Made by a program: the position numbers and the translations under genes. A stretch of DNA of 33,991 nucleotides from Dehalococcoidia bacterium (GTDB lineage: Bacteria > Chloroflexota > Dehalococcoidia > DSTF01 > JACRBR01), in assembly GCA_041494685.1 (NCBI GenBank), contig JBGQBE010000036.1:1-33991 (forward strand). Reading direction: 5' to 3'. Below the pieces are notes generated by a model. That model saw only the letters and a program-made list of their open reading frames with translations. It had not been told where the DNA came from and did no database searches. Each line of letters starts with the position of its first letter. The first letter of the stretch is position 1. This document shows positions 1 to 8,609 of the stretch, in pieces.

Positions 1-2
1 CG

Positions 3-500
3 ACGGCGACCGATACACCAACGCCGGTGCCGCCGACCGCGACCGACACGCCGGTACCGACCGCGACGGACACGCCGACACCGGTACCGCCGACCGCGAC
101 CGACACGCCGGTACCGACGGCGACGGATACGCCGACGCCGGTGCCGACGGCGACCGATACGCCCGCAGCGACGGCGACGAACACGCCAGTGCCGACGGCG
201 ACCGATACGCCCGCGGCGACCGCGACGAATACGCCGGTGCCGACGGCGACTGATACGCCGACGCCGGCGCCGCCGACGGCGACCGACACTTCGACACCGG
301 TTCCGCCGACCGCGACGGACACGTCAGTGCCGACGGCGACGGATACGGCCGTGGCGACGGCGACTGGCACGCCTGTGCCGACGGCGACGAATACGGCCGT
401 GGCGACGGCCACGAATACGCCTGCCGCGACGAACACGCCGACGGCGACGTTCACGGCGCTCAGCGTCACGAACACGCCGACGGCCACGGCGACGAACACG
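3..500 (+). repeat. Degenerate coding tandem repeat (about 8-aa PTAT[DN]TP units)
   Basis: 32-nt identical copies at 30-61 and 87-118 (57-nt period). Near-identical 48-nt copies at 141-188 and 189-236. All are in frame. Confidence 0.9.
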
Positions 501-1202
501 CCGTCTTCGTCGTCCGGTCCGAGCAGTACGCCGGCGCCGGCGACCGCGGAGCCGTCCGTGGCGCCGACGGTGGAGGGCCCTTCCGGTACGCCGGTGGCGA
601 CGGCGACGGCGACGCTCGGCGTGGACGGCGGCACGGTGGAAGTGACGACGGGAGAGTCCGTGACGTTCCCGCCCGGATCCGTGGACAGCGATACGAAGGT
701 GACGCTCTCCGTGTTCGACGAGCAGGCGCTGCCGACGCCGCCGGCGGGGCGGAAGACGGCGTCGCGCGGCATCGAGCTGCAGCCGTCCGGGGTCACGTTC
801 GACCCGCCGGCGCAGATCACCATCCCGTACGACCCCGCTGCGCTCGGCGGCGAGGATCCCGCGACGCTCGGCGTCTGGGTGTACCAGGGTGGCGCGTGGA
901 CGCTGCTGGGCGGCGTGGTGGACCCGGTGGCGCACACGGTGACGATCAGCGTCTCGCACTTCACGCTCTACGCGGTGATGGCGCACGGCGAGGCGCCGCC
1001 GCCGCAGAGCACCATGGAACCTGCCGCGCCTCCGACGCCGGGCCGATCGCAGCCGGCGACGGGCGTGACGGGCGTGCCGCACGCGGGCACGGGGCCGGAG
1101 CGCGGCGATGCGCTGCGGGCGCTGCTCTCCATCGCGGCGATGGTGGTGGCCCTGACGGGCGGCCTCTCGCTCGCGGTGGGCATGGGGCGCCGCGGCCGGT
1201 AG
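3..1202 (+). CDS. 5'-truncated Pro/Thr-rich repeat surface protein with ZU5-like beta domain and C-terminal sortase-type sorting signal
   Basis: Frame is open from position 3 with no upstream stop. It has about 160 aa of [14 protein letters not shown] repeats, then a domain [43 protein letters not shown] resembling ZU5-like modules. It ends VPHAG + hydrophobic helix + RRGR. Confidence 0.75.
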   Translation, partial: TATDTPTPVPPTATDTPVPTATDTPTPVPPTATDTPVPTATDTPTPVPTATDTPAATATNTPVPTATDTPAATATNTPVPTATDTPTPAPPTATDTSTPVPPTATDTSVPTATDTAVATATGTPVPTATNTAVATATNTPAATNTPTATFTALSVTNTPTATATNTPSSSSGPSSTPAPATAEPSVAPTVEGPSGTPVATATATLGVDGGTVEVTTGESVTFPPGSVDSDTKVTLSVFDEQALPTPPAGRKTASRGIELQPSGVTFDPPAQITIPYDPAALGGEDPATLGVWVYQGGAWTLLGGVVDPVAHTVTISVSHFTLYAVMAHGEAPPPQSTMEPAAPPTPGRSQPATGVTGVPHAGTGPERGDALRALLSIAAMVVALTGGLSLAVGMGRRGR

Positions 1203-1225
1203 GTCTTCAGAGGCACGAATGGCGA

Positions 1226-1255
1226 GAAGAGGGGCGTCGTACGGCGCCCCTCTTC
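1226..1255 (+). terminator. Stem-loop, probable terminator after the surface protein gene
   Basis: GAAGAGGGGCG (1226-1236) and CGCCCCTCTTC (1245-1255) form a perfect 11-bp inverted repeat 23 nt after the stop. There is no strong U-tract. Confidence 0.6.
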
Positions 1256-1387
1256 CGTCGCCGACGGCCCGGCGTATGCGGGCGATGGCGCCCGCGGCCC
1301 CTGCGTCATCGGCGCCCTGGTGCGGGGCTGCGTCGGTGCGCCGGCAGGCATGGGAGCCGCCAGCTTCAGGCATGGGGGTTCGCACCT

Positions 1388-1415
1388 GAAAGGTGCGGGT
1401 TTCCCCTGCCGATAC
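1388..1415 (+). promoter_or_regulatory. Candidate sigma28 (FliA/WhiG-type) promoter for the HD-GYP gene
   Basis: GAAAG-N15-GCCGATAC versus consensus TAAAG-N14-GCCGATAA, about 30 nt before the ORF start. Confidence 0.4.
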
Positions 1416-1445
1416 TAGGCATAGACAACACACCGCAACCCGAGC

Positions 1446-2807
1446 GTGATTCTTGGAGCGTCCGTGGTTTCTGATAACACCCCACGCCGGCCAGTCCTGA
1501 CCCTTGACGACCTCGCGCGGCCGATGACGCGGCGGCCCGAGCGGTTGCACGCGCTCACGACCGCCGACCTCGCCATTGCCTTCAGCCTGGGGCTGGACCT
1601 GGGCGAGGGGAAGGTGGTCGGCCACGCGCAGCGTGTGTGCTACATCGCGACGATGCTCGCCGATGCCATGGAGCTGGAGGCGCAGCCGCGCTCCGGCGTC
1701 TTCTTCGGCGCGCTGATGCACGACATCGGCGTGACGCTTGCGGCGGCGGAGCTGTGCCGCGTGTCGGGTGTGGACGAGGAGACGATTTTCGGCCCGTCGC
1801 CGCTGAGGCTGCCGGACAGCGAGCGCGTGAGCTTCCAGGCGGAGCGCGGCGCGATCATGGAGGCGGTGTATCAGCACGGCCCGCTGGGCGGGGAGACCGT
1901 CCGCGCGCTGGAATTGCCGCCCGAGGCCGCGGCAGCCGTCGCGTCGCACCACGAGCAGTGGGACGGCGCGGGCTATCCGGAGGGGCTGCGCGGCGACGCG
2001 ATCCCCGTCGAGGCGCGCATCGTCGCGGCAGCCGACGTGGCGGAAGTACTGATCGGTGAGCAGTCGAGCTCGCTGGCGGCGCGCCGCCTCTTCGTGCAGT
2101 CGATCGGCCAGTACGCGGGCTCGCAGCTCGACCCGCAGATCGTGGGCGCGTTGCTGGACGTGGCGAAGTCGGACGAATTCTGGCTGGGCCTGTACTCGGA
2201 GAACATGGTGGAGACGCTGACGGCGGTCCGCGGCCCGATCGACGCGCGCAAGAGCCGCAAGCGCGTGCTGCGCTTCGCGGAGGTGTTCGCGGACCTGTCG
2301 GACGCGAAGGGCGGCCACACGGCGGGGCACGCACGCCGCACGGCGGAGGGCGCGGAGCGGCTGGCGGAGGCGCTGTCGCTGGACCCGGGCCACGTCGAGA
2401 TGATCAAGATCGCCGGCCTGCTGCACGACATCGGCCTGCTGGGCGTGCCGGCGCGGGTGATGACGAAGCCGGACATCCTCTCGGTCACCGAGATGCAGTT
2501 GATGCGCCAGCATCCGGGCAGCTCCGAGATGATCCTGCAGGAGTTGAACGGCTTCGAGGAGATCGCGATCTGGATCGCCCGGCACCACGAGCGGCCGGAC
2601 GGCAAGGGCTACCCGGAGATGCTGGTGGGCGACGACATCCCGCTGGAGTCGCGCATCCTGTCGGTGGCGGACGTCTACTCCGCGCTCACGTCGGACCGGC
2701 CGCACCGCGGCGCGGTCGCGCGGAAGGACGCGCGGCAGATCTTGATCGGCGCCGCCGGCACGCAGCTCGATCCGGAGCTGGTGCGGCTCTTCCTGACGCT
2801 GATCTAG
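1446..2807 (+). CDS. Tandem HD-GYP domain phosphodiesterase (cyclic dinucleotide phosphohydrolase)
   Basis: Domain 1: GHAQRV, MHDIG, HHEQWDGAGYPEGL. Domain 2: GHARRT, LHDIG, HHERPDGKGYP, ADVYSALTSDRPHR. The exact start codon is uncertain. Confidence 0.9.
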   Translation: MILGASVVSDNTPRRPVLTLDDLARPMTRRPERLHALTTADLAIAFSLGLDLGEGKVVGHAQRVCYIATMLADAMELEAQPRSGVFFGALMHDIGVTLAAAELCRVSGVDEETIFGPSPLRLPDSERVSFQAERGAIMEAVYQHGPLGGETVRALELPPEAAAAVASHHEQWDGAGYPEGLRGDAIPVEARIVAAADVAEVLIGEQSSSLAARRLFVQSIGQYAGSQLDPQIVGALLDVAKSDEFWLGLYSENMVETLTAVRGPIDARKSRKRVLRFAEVFADLSDAKGGHTAGHARRTAEGAERLAEALSLDPGHVEMIKIAGLLHDIGLLGVPARVMTKPDILSVTEMQLMRQHPGSSEMILQELNGFEEIAIWIARHHERPDGKGYPEMLVGDDIPLESRILSVADVYSALTSDRPHRGAVARKDARQILIGAAGTQLDPELVRLFLTLI

Positions 2808-3010
2808 CACGGCGCGCTAGCTCGACGCGCCGCGTCCCACATCGACCTACCTTCCGACTTCGCAGCACATGGCACTCACAGGGGTCGGCGATCGCCGCGG
2901 GCCAACGGCGAACCGGATCACGACGCGGGCTGTCCGCGGCCTCGGACGCGGCACAGCCTTGACAGGCTGGGTTACAATCGACTCCCAAGACCATCGTGGG
3001 AGGAGACGCC

Positions 3011-3307
3011 GTGGCTACATACATCTTGCTCAGCACCCTGACCGATGAAGGCCGGAAGACCCTGAAGGAGCGCCCCGAGCGCCTGCAGGAGGTCAACCGC
3101 GAGATCGAGGCGATGGGCGCGCGCGTCACGCACCAGTACGCCGTGCTCGGCGGCTACGACTTCATCAACATCCTGGAGGCGCCGGACAACGAGACCGTGG
3201 CGCGCATCTCGGTCGAGCTGGGTGCGCGCGGCACGGTGCAGCTGACGACGCTGCCGGCGATCCCGGTGGACGAGTTCACGAACATGCTCAAGGGCCGCAG
3301 CGTCTAG
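3011..3307 (+). CDS. GYD domain-containing protein
   Basis: GGAGGAG RBS before GTG at 3011. Sequence ATYILLSTLTDEGRKT..YAVLGGYDF..EAPDNET..GTVQLTTLPA is typical of the GYD family. Confidence 0.85.
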   Translation: MATYILLSTLTDEGRKTLKERPERLQEVNREIEAMGARVTHQYAVLGGYDFINILEAPDNETVARISVELGARGTVQLTTLPAIPVDEFTNMLKGRSV

Positions 3308-3319
3308 ATCGGGGCCGCC

Positions 3320-4336
3320 ATGTCGACCTACGTCGTCTTCACGAAGCTGCGCCCGCAGGCGCACAAGAACATCGACAGGAACCCCGACCGCCTGCCGGAG
3401 GTGGACGCGCAGGTGCGCCGGCTGGGCGGCAAGATCACGATGCAGTACGCGACGCTGGGCGAGTACGACTTCGTGACGTTCATCGAGGCCGCGGACAACG
3501 CGGCGATCGCCAGCATCGGCGCCGAGATCAGCACGCTGGGCACGATCAAGCACACGACGCTGCCGGCGATCGAGATGGGCCGTTTCGAGAAGCTGCTGAA
3601 GATGCAGCCGTACCGCACGGAGCCGCATCGCTGGCAGACGGCGCCGTGGGCGCGCGCGGTGCGCCGCGCGGGGCGCTACTGGGTGACGGACCGCCACGTG
3701 AAGCGCTACTGCCAGCCGTTCACGGTCGAGGGCGCCGAGAACCTGCGGGAGCACCGCGGCGCGGCGATCATCATCGCGAACCACAGCTCGCACTTCGACA
3801 CGCCAGTCGTGCTTTCGACGCTGCCGGAGCGGATCCGCGGCAAGATCGTCATTGCGGCGGCGGCGGACAAGTTCTACGGCAGTCGCAAGAAGCGCACGTG
3901 GTGGTACTCGCTGTTCCACGGCACGTTCCCGGTGGCGCGCGGCGGCGGTACGAAGCAGCTGGAGTACCCGCTGTCGCTGTTCAAGCGCGGCTGGTCGATC
4001 CTGATCTATCCGGAGGGCGGCCGCTCGAAGGGCGCGGTGCAGAAGTTCAAGCACGGCGTGGCGATCATGGCGATGCAGGCGGGCGTGCCGGTGATCCCCG
4101 TCTACATCGAGGGGCTGCGCAACGTGATGCCGAAGGGGCAGCGCGAGCCGCGCCCGGCGGCCGTCACCGCGCGCATCGGCAAGCCGGTATCGCTGCGCGG
4201 CGTGGCGTCGGTGCCGGAAGGCACGACGATGCTGGAGAACGCGATGCGGGAGCTGGCGGGCATGCCGCCGCACCGCGCCGCCGCGCCCGAGCAGGAGATG
4301 GCGATGGCTCCCGCTGGTGGCGGAAGTGGAAGTTAG
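3320..4336 (+). CDS. Fusion of N-terminal GYD domain with a PlsC-type lysophospholipid acyltransferase
   Basis: The N-terminal ~95 aa align by eye with the upstream GYD protein (YATLGEYDF, EAADN, TTLPAI). The C-terminal part has the NHSSHFD (HX4D), FPVAR, YPEGGRS and VPVIPV acyltransferase motifs. Confidence 0.85.
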   Translation: MSTYVVFTKLRPQAHKNIDRNPDRLPEVDAQVRRLGGKITMQYATLGEYDFVTFIEAADNAAIASIGAEISTLGTIKHTTLPAIEMGRFEKLLKMQPYRTEPHRWQTAPWARAVRRAGRYWVTDRHVKRYCQPFTVEGAENLREHRGAAIIIANHSSHFDTPVVLSTLPERIRGKIVIAAAADKFYGSRKKRTWWYSLFHGTFPVARGGGTKQLEYPLSLFKRGWSILIYPEGGRSKGAVQKFKHGVAIMAMQAGVPVIPVYIEGLRNVMPKGQREPRPAAVTARIGKPVSLRGVASVPEGTTMLENAMRELAGMPPHRAAAPEQEMAMAPAGGGSGS

Positions 4337-4356
4337 CATCTGAGTTCATAGACGTT

Positions 4357-4824
4357 ATGGGGACGAAGCTGCGCCAGGGCGATCCCTGGATGCCCGGGTT
4401 CCGGTACGGCGCGCTGCTGCCGCCGCTCTCGCTCAACCTGCTGGTTGCCGACACGGAGCGCTCGTGCGCGTTCTATCGCGACGTCCTCGGTGCCGAGATC
4501 CACTACCGCGACATCGACTTCGCGGCGGTGCGGGTGGGCGCGGCAGAGGTGATGCTGCACGCCGACCACACGCACGACACGCACCCCTGGCACGCCGACC
4601 TGCAGGGAGGCGCGAAGCGGGGCGTCGGGGCGCAAGTGCGGCTGCTGGGCATCGACCCGGACGAGGTGCAGCGGCGCGCGGAGGCCGCGGGCGCGCCGGT
4701 ACCGGTGCCAGCGGCCGACAAGGGCCACGGCTGGCGTGAGGTCTGCGTGCGCGATCCGGACGGCTACGAGTGGTCCGTGGGTGTGCTCATCCCGCCGGCG
4801 AAGGGGCCGCTGGGGCCGCACTGA
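4357..4824 (+). CDS. VOC/glyoxalase family protein
   Basis: ATG at 4357 lies in the frame of track ORF 3646..4824. Motifs LNLLVAD..FYRDVLG and HGWREVCVRDPDGYEW. Confidence 0.8.
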   Translation: MGTKLRQGDPWMPGFRYGALLPPLSLNLLVADTERSCAFYRDVLGAEIHYRDIDFAAVRVGAAEVMLHADHTHDTHPWHADLQGGAKRGVGAQVRLLGIDPDEVQRRAEAAGAPVPVPAADKGHGWREVCVRDPDGYEWSVGVLIPPAKGPLGPH

Positions 4825-4842
4825 TGGCGGTTACGCCGGACG

Positions 4843-5853
4843 CTACCCCAGGCGGCGGGTCATCAGGCGGGTGATCAGCTCGGGCTTCATCTTCTTTCTC
4901 GACGGGTCGTTGACGCCGTCGGAGAGGTAGTTGCCCTCGGTGAACACGCGCATGGCGTTGTCGTGGCCGATGACGCGCTCCATCTTGCCGAAGAGGCGGA
5001 CGAACGCGGCCTTCTTGTCGGCGAGCGTCGGGAACGCCGCGTCCTCCATGGCCGCGCGGCGCACGTCGTAGTTGTCGAGCAGGTAGGCGCCCGGCATGCC
5101 GAACTCCTTGAGCGCGTCGATGACGAGCGGCATGACGTCCGGGTCCGCCGCGAGGCAGTCCTTGACCTTGCCCTCGTAGAACATCTCGTGGCGCGCCTCG
5201 TCCTTCGCCAGCAGCATCTCCAGCTTCGCCAGCGTGGGCTCCTTGGTGTGGCGGGCGTGGTTGCGGTAGAAGTCGGCGGTCACGAACTCCTGGAACGTGG
5301 TGTTGGCGACGAGCTGGGCGGGCACGTAGTGGGAGGGGATGCCCCAGTTCTGGACGCTGGCCTCGCGCACGGCCTCGACGTCGTCGGTGAGGGCGTTGTG
5401 GACGGAAGCCTCGATGGCGGCGAGACGCTCATCATCCGCGGCGACGTCGCCGAGTTCGGCGCGGCGCGCCTCGACGGCGATGCGGACCTTCGAGAGGTAG
5501 TCGCGCAGGGCGTAGTAGTGCTTCCACTCCTCCATGCCCCACATCATGATGAAGTCGCAGACGTCCTGGTCGGCCTTGAAGTACTCGATGAGGTTGGCGA
5601 CGTAGTCGGGGCTGTTGGCCTCGACCAGCATCGTCGTCTCGACGACGTTGATGTCCGCGACGGTGAGCAGGTCGATGTCGATGTCGGTCCAGGGGATGTC
5701 GAGCAGTTCCGTGAGGTTCCAGCTGACGCGCTCGGAGGTGCGGTAGAAGGCGATGATGTCGTCCTGGCTGGGGACGGTGCGGCGCCCCGAGGGCGGGGTG
5801 GCGGGCTGGCCGCTGGTGAACGGGAAACTGGATGCCTTGTTGAGCTTGGACAA
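4843..5853 (-). CDS. Ferritin-like diiron protein, acyl-ACP desaturase family
   Basis: WGMEEWKH and KDEARHEMFY ExxH motifs, TFQE, and FGMPG as in soluble DesA-type desaturases. GGGAG RBS before the TTG start. Confidence 0.75.
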   Translation of the reverse strand: MSKLNKASSFPFTSGQPATPPSGRRTVPSQDDIIAFYRTSERVSWNLTELLDIPWTDIDIDLLTVADINVVETTMLVEANSPDYVANLIEYFKADQDVCDFIMMWGMEEWKHYYALRDYLSKVRIAVEARRAELGDVAADDERLAAIEASVHNALTDDVEAVREASVQNWGIPSHYVPAQLVANTTFQEFVTADFYRNHARHTKEPTLAKLEMLLAKDEARHEMFYEGKVKDCLAADPDVMPLVIDALKEFGMPGAYLLDNYDVRRAAMEDAAFPTLADKKAAFVRLFGKMERVIGHDNAMRVFTEGNYLSDGVNDPSRKKMKPELITRLMTRRLG

Positions 5854-6012
5854 AGAAACTAACTCCCGGGGCGCGCCGGCGCGCGCCTCGTGCGAATGTC
5901 GCCGCCATGAAGCGACGCGGTGTCCTGCGGCTGTGGGGTACGGGATCGTTCGCGCGGATGCGCGGAATGCGGGTGCGAGGCGGCGGGGTGCGTGGTTGCC
6001 AGTGGTTGTGCC

Positions 6013-8199
6013 TTACTGCCCCTTCACATTCTTGCGCTTGTTCTGGACGTAGTCGACAAGGATGTACTGACCAAGCTTGTCAGGTGTAGTGTAGAACACC
6101 CGGCCCTTGTTTATCTTGGCAACCTGGTTCACGAACTCCTTCAGGTAGTAATTCCGGTCCAGCATGAAGGTGTTGATGGTGATGCCCTTCTGCGTCGCCC
6201 GCTTCACTTCCTTGAGCGTCTCGCGGATGGTGATGGGGCTCGGCGGGTAGGCGAAGTACGACCGGCCGCGTTCGAGGTGTGCGGTCGGCTCGCCGTCGGA
6301 GATCATGATGATCTGCCGGGTGCCGCTCTTGTGCTTCGCGAGCAGGTTCTGGGCCATCATCAGCGCGTGGTGCATGTTCGTGCCCAGGACGGACTCGTCC
6401 CAGCGCACGTACGGCAGCTCCTCCGCCTTCAGTTCGCGCGCGTAGGCGGAGAAGCCGATGATGTAGAGGCTGTCGCGGCTGAACTGGCTGCGGATCAGGT
6501 TGTTGAGCGCCAGTGCGACCTTCTTGGCCGACTGGAATGAGCCGCGCAGCGCCATGGACCACGACAGGTCCACCATCATCACGGTGGCGGTCTGCGTGAG
6601 CTGCTCCGAGCGGTAGACCTCGAAGTCGTCCTTGTCGAGGCGCACGGGCAGCGACGGCCCCTCACGCTGCAGCGAGTTCATGATCGTCTTGTCCAGCGCC
6701 AGGTGGAACGGGTCGCCGAACTCGTACTTCTTGGTGTCGTCGGCGCGCTCGCCGCCGCGGCCGCTGTCGCGCACGGCGTGCTTGCCGAAGGTGTCCTTCT
6801 TGAGCTGGGAGTAGATCTCGCCGAGCGCCTTCTGGCCGATCTTGCGGGTGCCGCGGGGCGTCAGCTCGTAGTTGTTGCCCTTGCGGCGGATGTAGCCCTG
6901 CTCCTCCAGCACCTCCAGGAACTTCTTGAGCTGGTCCAGCGTCTCGCCGGCCTCTTCGCCCAGGAGCTCGCGGAGCTTGTCGGGGTCGATCTCGTCGACG
7001 TCGCCGCCGTACTGCGTGCGCTCGAGCTGGCGCTCCAGTTCGTCCATGGACTGCATGCGGTCCATCAGGCCCATCGCCTCGTTGAGGTCCAGCTCCTCGT
7101 CGCCGCGGAAGGGGTACTGGTTGCGCATGTCGCGCATGGGCGAAAGGAACTCGAGGTTCATCTGGAGCTCCTGCAGCTCGGCCTGCAGGTCGGGGTCGCC
7201 GATCTTGTCGCGCAGCAGGTCCTGAAGCTGCTGGCGCATGTCGCCGGGCAGGCTATCGAGCAGGTTCTGCATCTGGGCGGCCTGCGCCTGCATGCGCTCG
7301 ACCAGCTCGTCGAGCGACTGCGGCGGGTTGTCGCCGAAGAGGTCTCCGTACTGGTCCATGAACTTCTGGAAGTCCGGCTCGTTGCCGGCCAGCCGGTCGC
7401 TGAGCATCTGGTTGAGGTCTTTGACCATCTGCTTCATGCGCGCCATGTCTTCGGGCGACATGTTGGCGATCTGGTCGTGCATGTTCTTGAAGAAGGTGTC
7501 GGTCATCGCCTTCTTCAGCATGTCCATCAACTCGGTGAACTTGTGCTGCGCCTCCGGGTCCATGAACTCGTAGTTCTGCAGCTCCTTCACCGCGCCGGCC
7601 GGGTCGGGCGGCAAGTTGGAGAGGAAGTTCTTCTTGCGGTCGGCGATGTTCTTGAGCATCTGGGCGAACTGATCGTGGTCGGCGCCGCCCTGCTGCCCCT
7701 GCTGTCCGCCGCTCTGCTGGGCGCCGTCGTTCGGCCCACCCTGCTGCGGGGCGCCCGACGCCGATGGAGCGCCCTGTTGCGGCGAGCCGGCTTGCTGCCC
7801 CGCCTGCGGCTGCCCGCCGTCCTGCGGCTGCGGCGCTCCGGATTCGCCGGACGGGGGCTGCTGGCCGCCCGTCGCCTCGTCCAGGCGGCGGTCGATGGTG
7901 TTGCGCTCCATGCCCAGGATCTCGTCGAGGCGCTTCTTGATGTCGTCCATGACGGACGAGAGGTTGTACTTGTCGAGGGTGTTGCGGCGCTGCTGGCGGA
8001 GCTGCTGGAGCAGGTCGCGCAGGCCCTGCAGGCGGTTGCCCGTGTTGTCGCGCATGCCGCGCTGCAGCAGGTTGCGCATGGCGTGCTGGAGGTCGCCGAA
8101 GTTCATCAGGTCGTCCGTCAGCGCGTCGAGCACGTCATCGGCGTTGAGCGGCGGAATCTCCTGCGAGCCGTCCCATTCGCTATATCGGAACGCGACCAT
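6013..8199 (-). CDS. vWA domain-containing protein, partner of ChlI/MoxR-like ATPase (Rv0959-like)
   Basis: N-terminal FRYSEWDGSQ, long helical region and Q/G-rich linker. C-terminal MIDAS motifs DLSWS, GTN and SDGEPTAH. Confidence 0.85.
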   Translation of the reverse strand: MVAFRYSEWDGSQEIPPLNADDVLDALTDDLMNFGDLQHAMRNLLQRGMRDNTGNRLQGLRDLLQQLRQQRRNTLDKYNLSSVMDDIKKRLDEILGMERNTIDRRLDEATGGQQPPSGESGAPQPQDGGQPQAGQQAGSPQQGAPSASGAPQQGGPNDGAQQSGGQQGQQGGADHDQFAQMLKNIADRKKNFLSNLPPDPAGAVKELQNYEFMDPEAQHKFTELMDMLKKAMTDTFFKNMHDQIANMSPEDMARMKQMVKDLNQMLSDRLAGNEPDFQKFMDQYGDLFGDNPPQSLDELVERMQAQAAQMQNLLDSLPGDMRQQLQDLLRDKIGDPDLQAELQELQMNLEFLSPMRDMRNQYPFRGDEELDLNEAMGLMDRMQSMDELERQLERTQYGGDVDEIDPDKLRELLGEEAGETLDQLKKFLEVLEEQGYIRRKGNNYELTPRGTRKIGQKALGEIYSQLKKDTFGKHAVRDSGRGGERADDTKKYEFGDPFHLALDKTIMNSLQREGPSLPVRLDKDDFEVYRSEQLTQTATVMMVDLSWSMALRGSFQSAKKVALALNNLIRSQFSRDSLYIIGFSAYARELKAEELPYVRWDESVLGTNMHHALMMAQNLLAKHKSGTRQIIMISDGEPTAHLERGRSYFAYPPSPITIRETLKEVKRATQKGITINTFMLDRNYYLKEFVNQVAKINKGRVFYTTPDKLGQYILVDYVQNKRKNVKGQ

Positions 8200-8202
8200 G
8201 TG

Positions 8203-8607
8203 TCAGTCCTCTTCTGGGCGTGTGTCGTCCTCGCGCCATTCGTTTGTTGCTGAGATCCAACGCAACAGATGGCCGGGCCGGATGTCGCCTGTTCGCAGTC
8301 TATCCAAAACCACGGGTAGCCATTCAGCAGGGGTGAAGGTCTTTGTTGGTGTGGAAGTGACGACGCCCGAATGATCGGCGTGAGCGCTTCCGAGTATCAC
8401 AAGCGTTGTCCAAAGCTTGTGCAAGTATTCGAAATCGCGCCGGTTGAAGGTGATAAGGACTCGCTGTTGTTCTAGAGCTTGCCGGAAGTGCCAAGCGTCC
8501 GTGCGGCCAGCCCGACCCGCATCTCCGGCGAACACCACGTCGTGACCGGCTGCCGCCAGCGGGACTGCGAAGTGACCGAGTTGCTCATCGACGTACACGC
8601 GAGCCAA
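8203..8607 (-). CDS. DUF5615 family PIN-like protein, putative toxin
   Basis: RVYVDEQL..AAAGHDV..D..RVLITFNRRDF..LH..HSGVV pattern. TTG start 2 nt after the upstream gene's stop. Confidence 0.75.
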   Translation of the reverse strand: MARVYVDEQLGHFAVPLAAAGHDVVFAGDAGRAGRTDAWHFRQALEQQRVLITFNRRDFEYLHKLWTTLVILGSAHADHSGVVTSTPTKTFTPAEWLPVVLDRLRTGDIRPGHLLRWISATNEWREDDTRPEED

Positions 8608-8609
8608 AG

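Noticed and set aside
3..500. Repeats resembling a CRISPR array
   Set aside because: Units are in-frame coding repeats with synonymous variation. There are no unique spacers and no cas genes.
324..2810. 828-aa minus-strand ORF, and similar long ORFs such as 28316..31561, 6703..8253, 8962..10497 and 19963..21768
   Set aside because: Antisense shadows of well-supported genes. High GC3 suppresses stops, and the products are Arg/His-rich with no motifs.
2959..2978. TTGACA and TACAAT upstream of the GYD gene as a sigma70 promoter pair
   Set aside because: The spacing is only 8 nt. TACAAT may still act as a -10, but the pair is not a valid promoter.
3646..4356. Long N-terminal extension of the VOC ORF
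   Set aside because: It overlaps the acyltransferase out of frame. The real start is probably ATG 4357.
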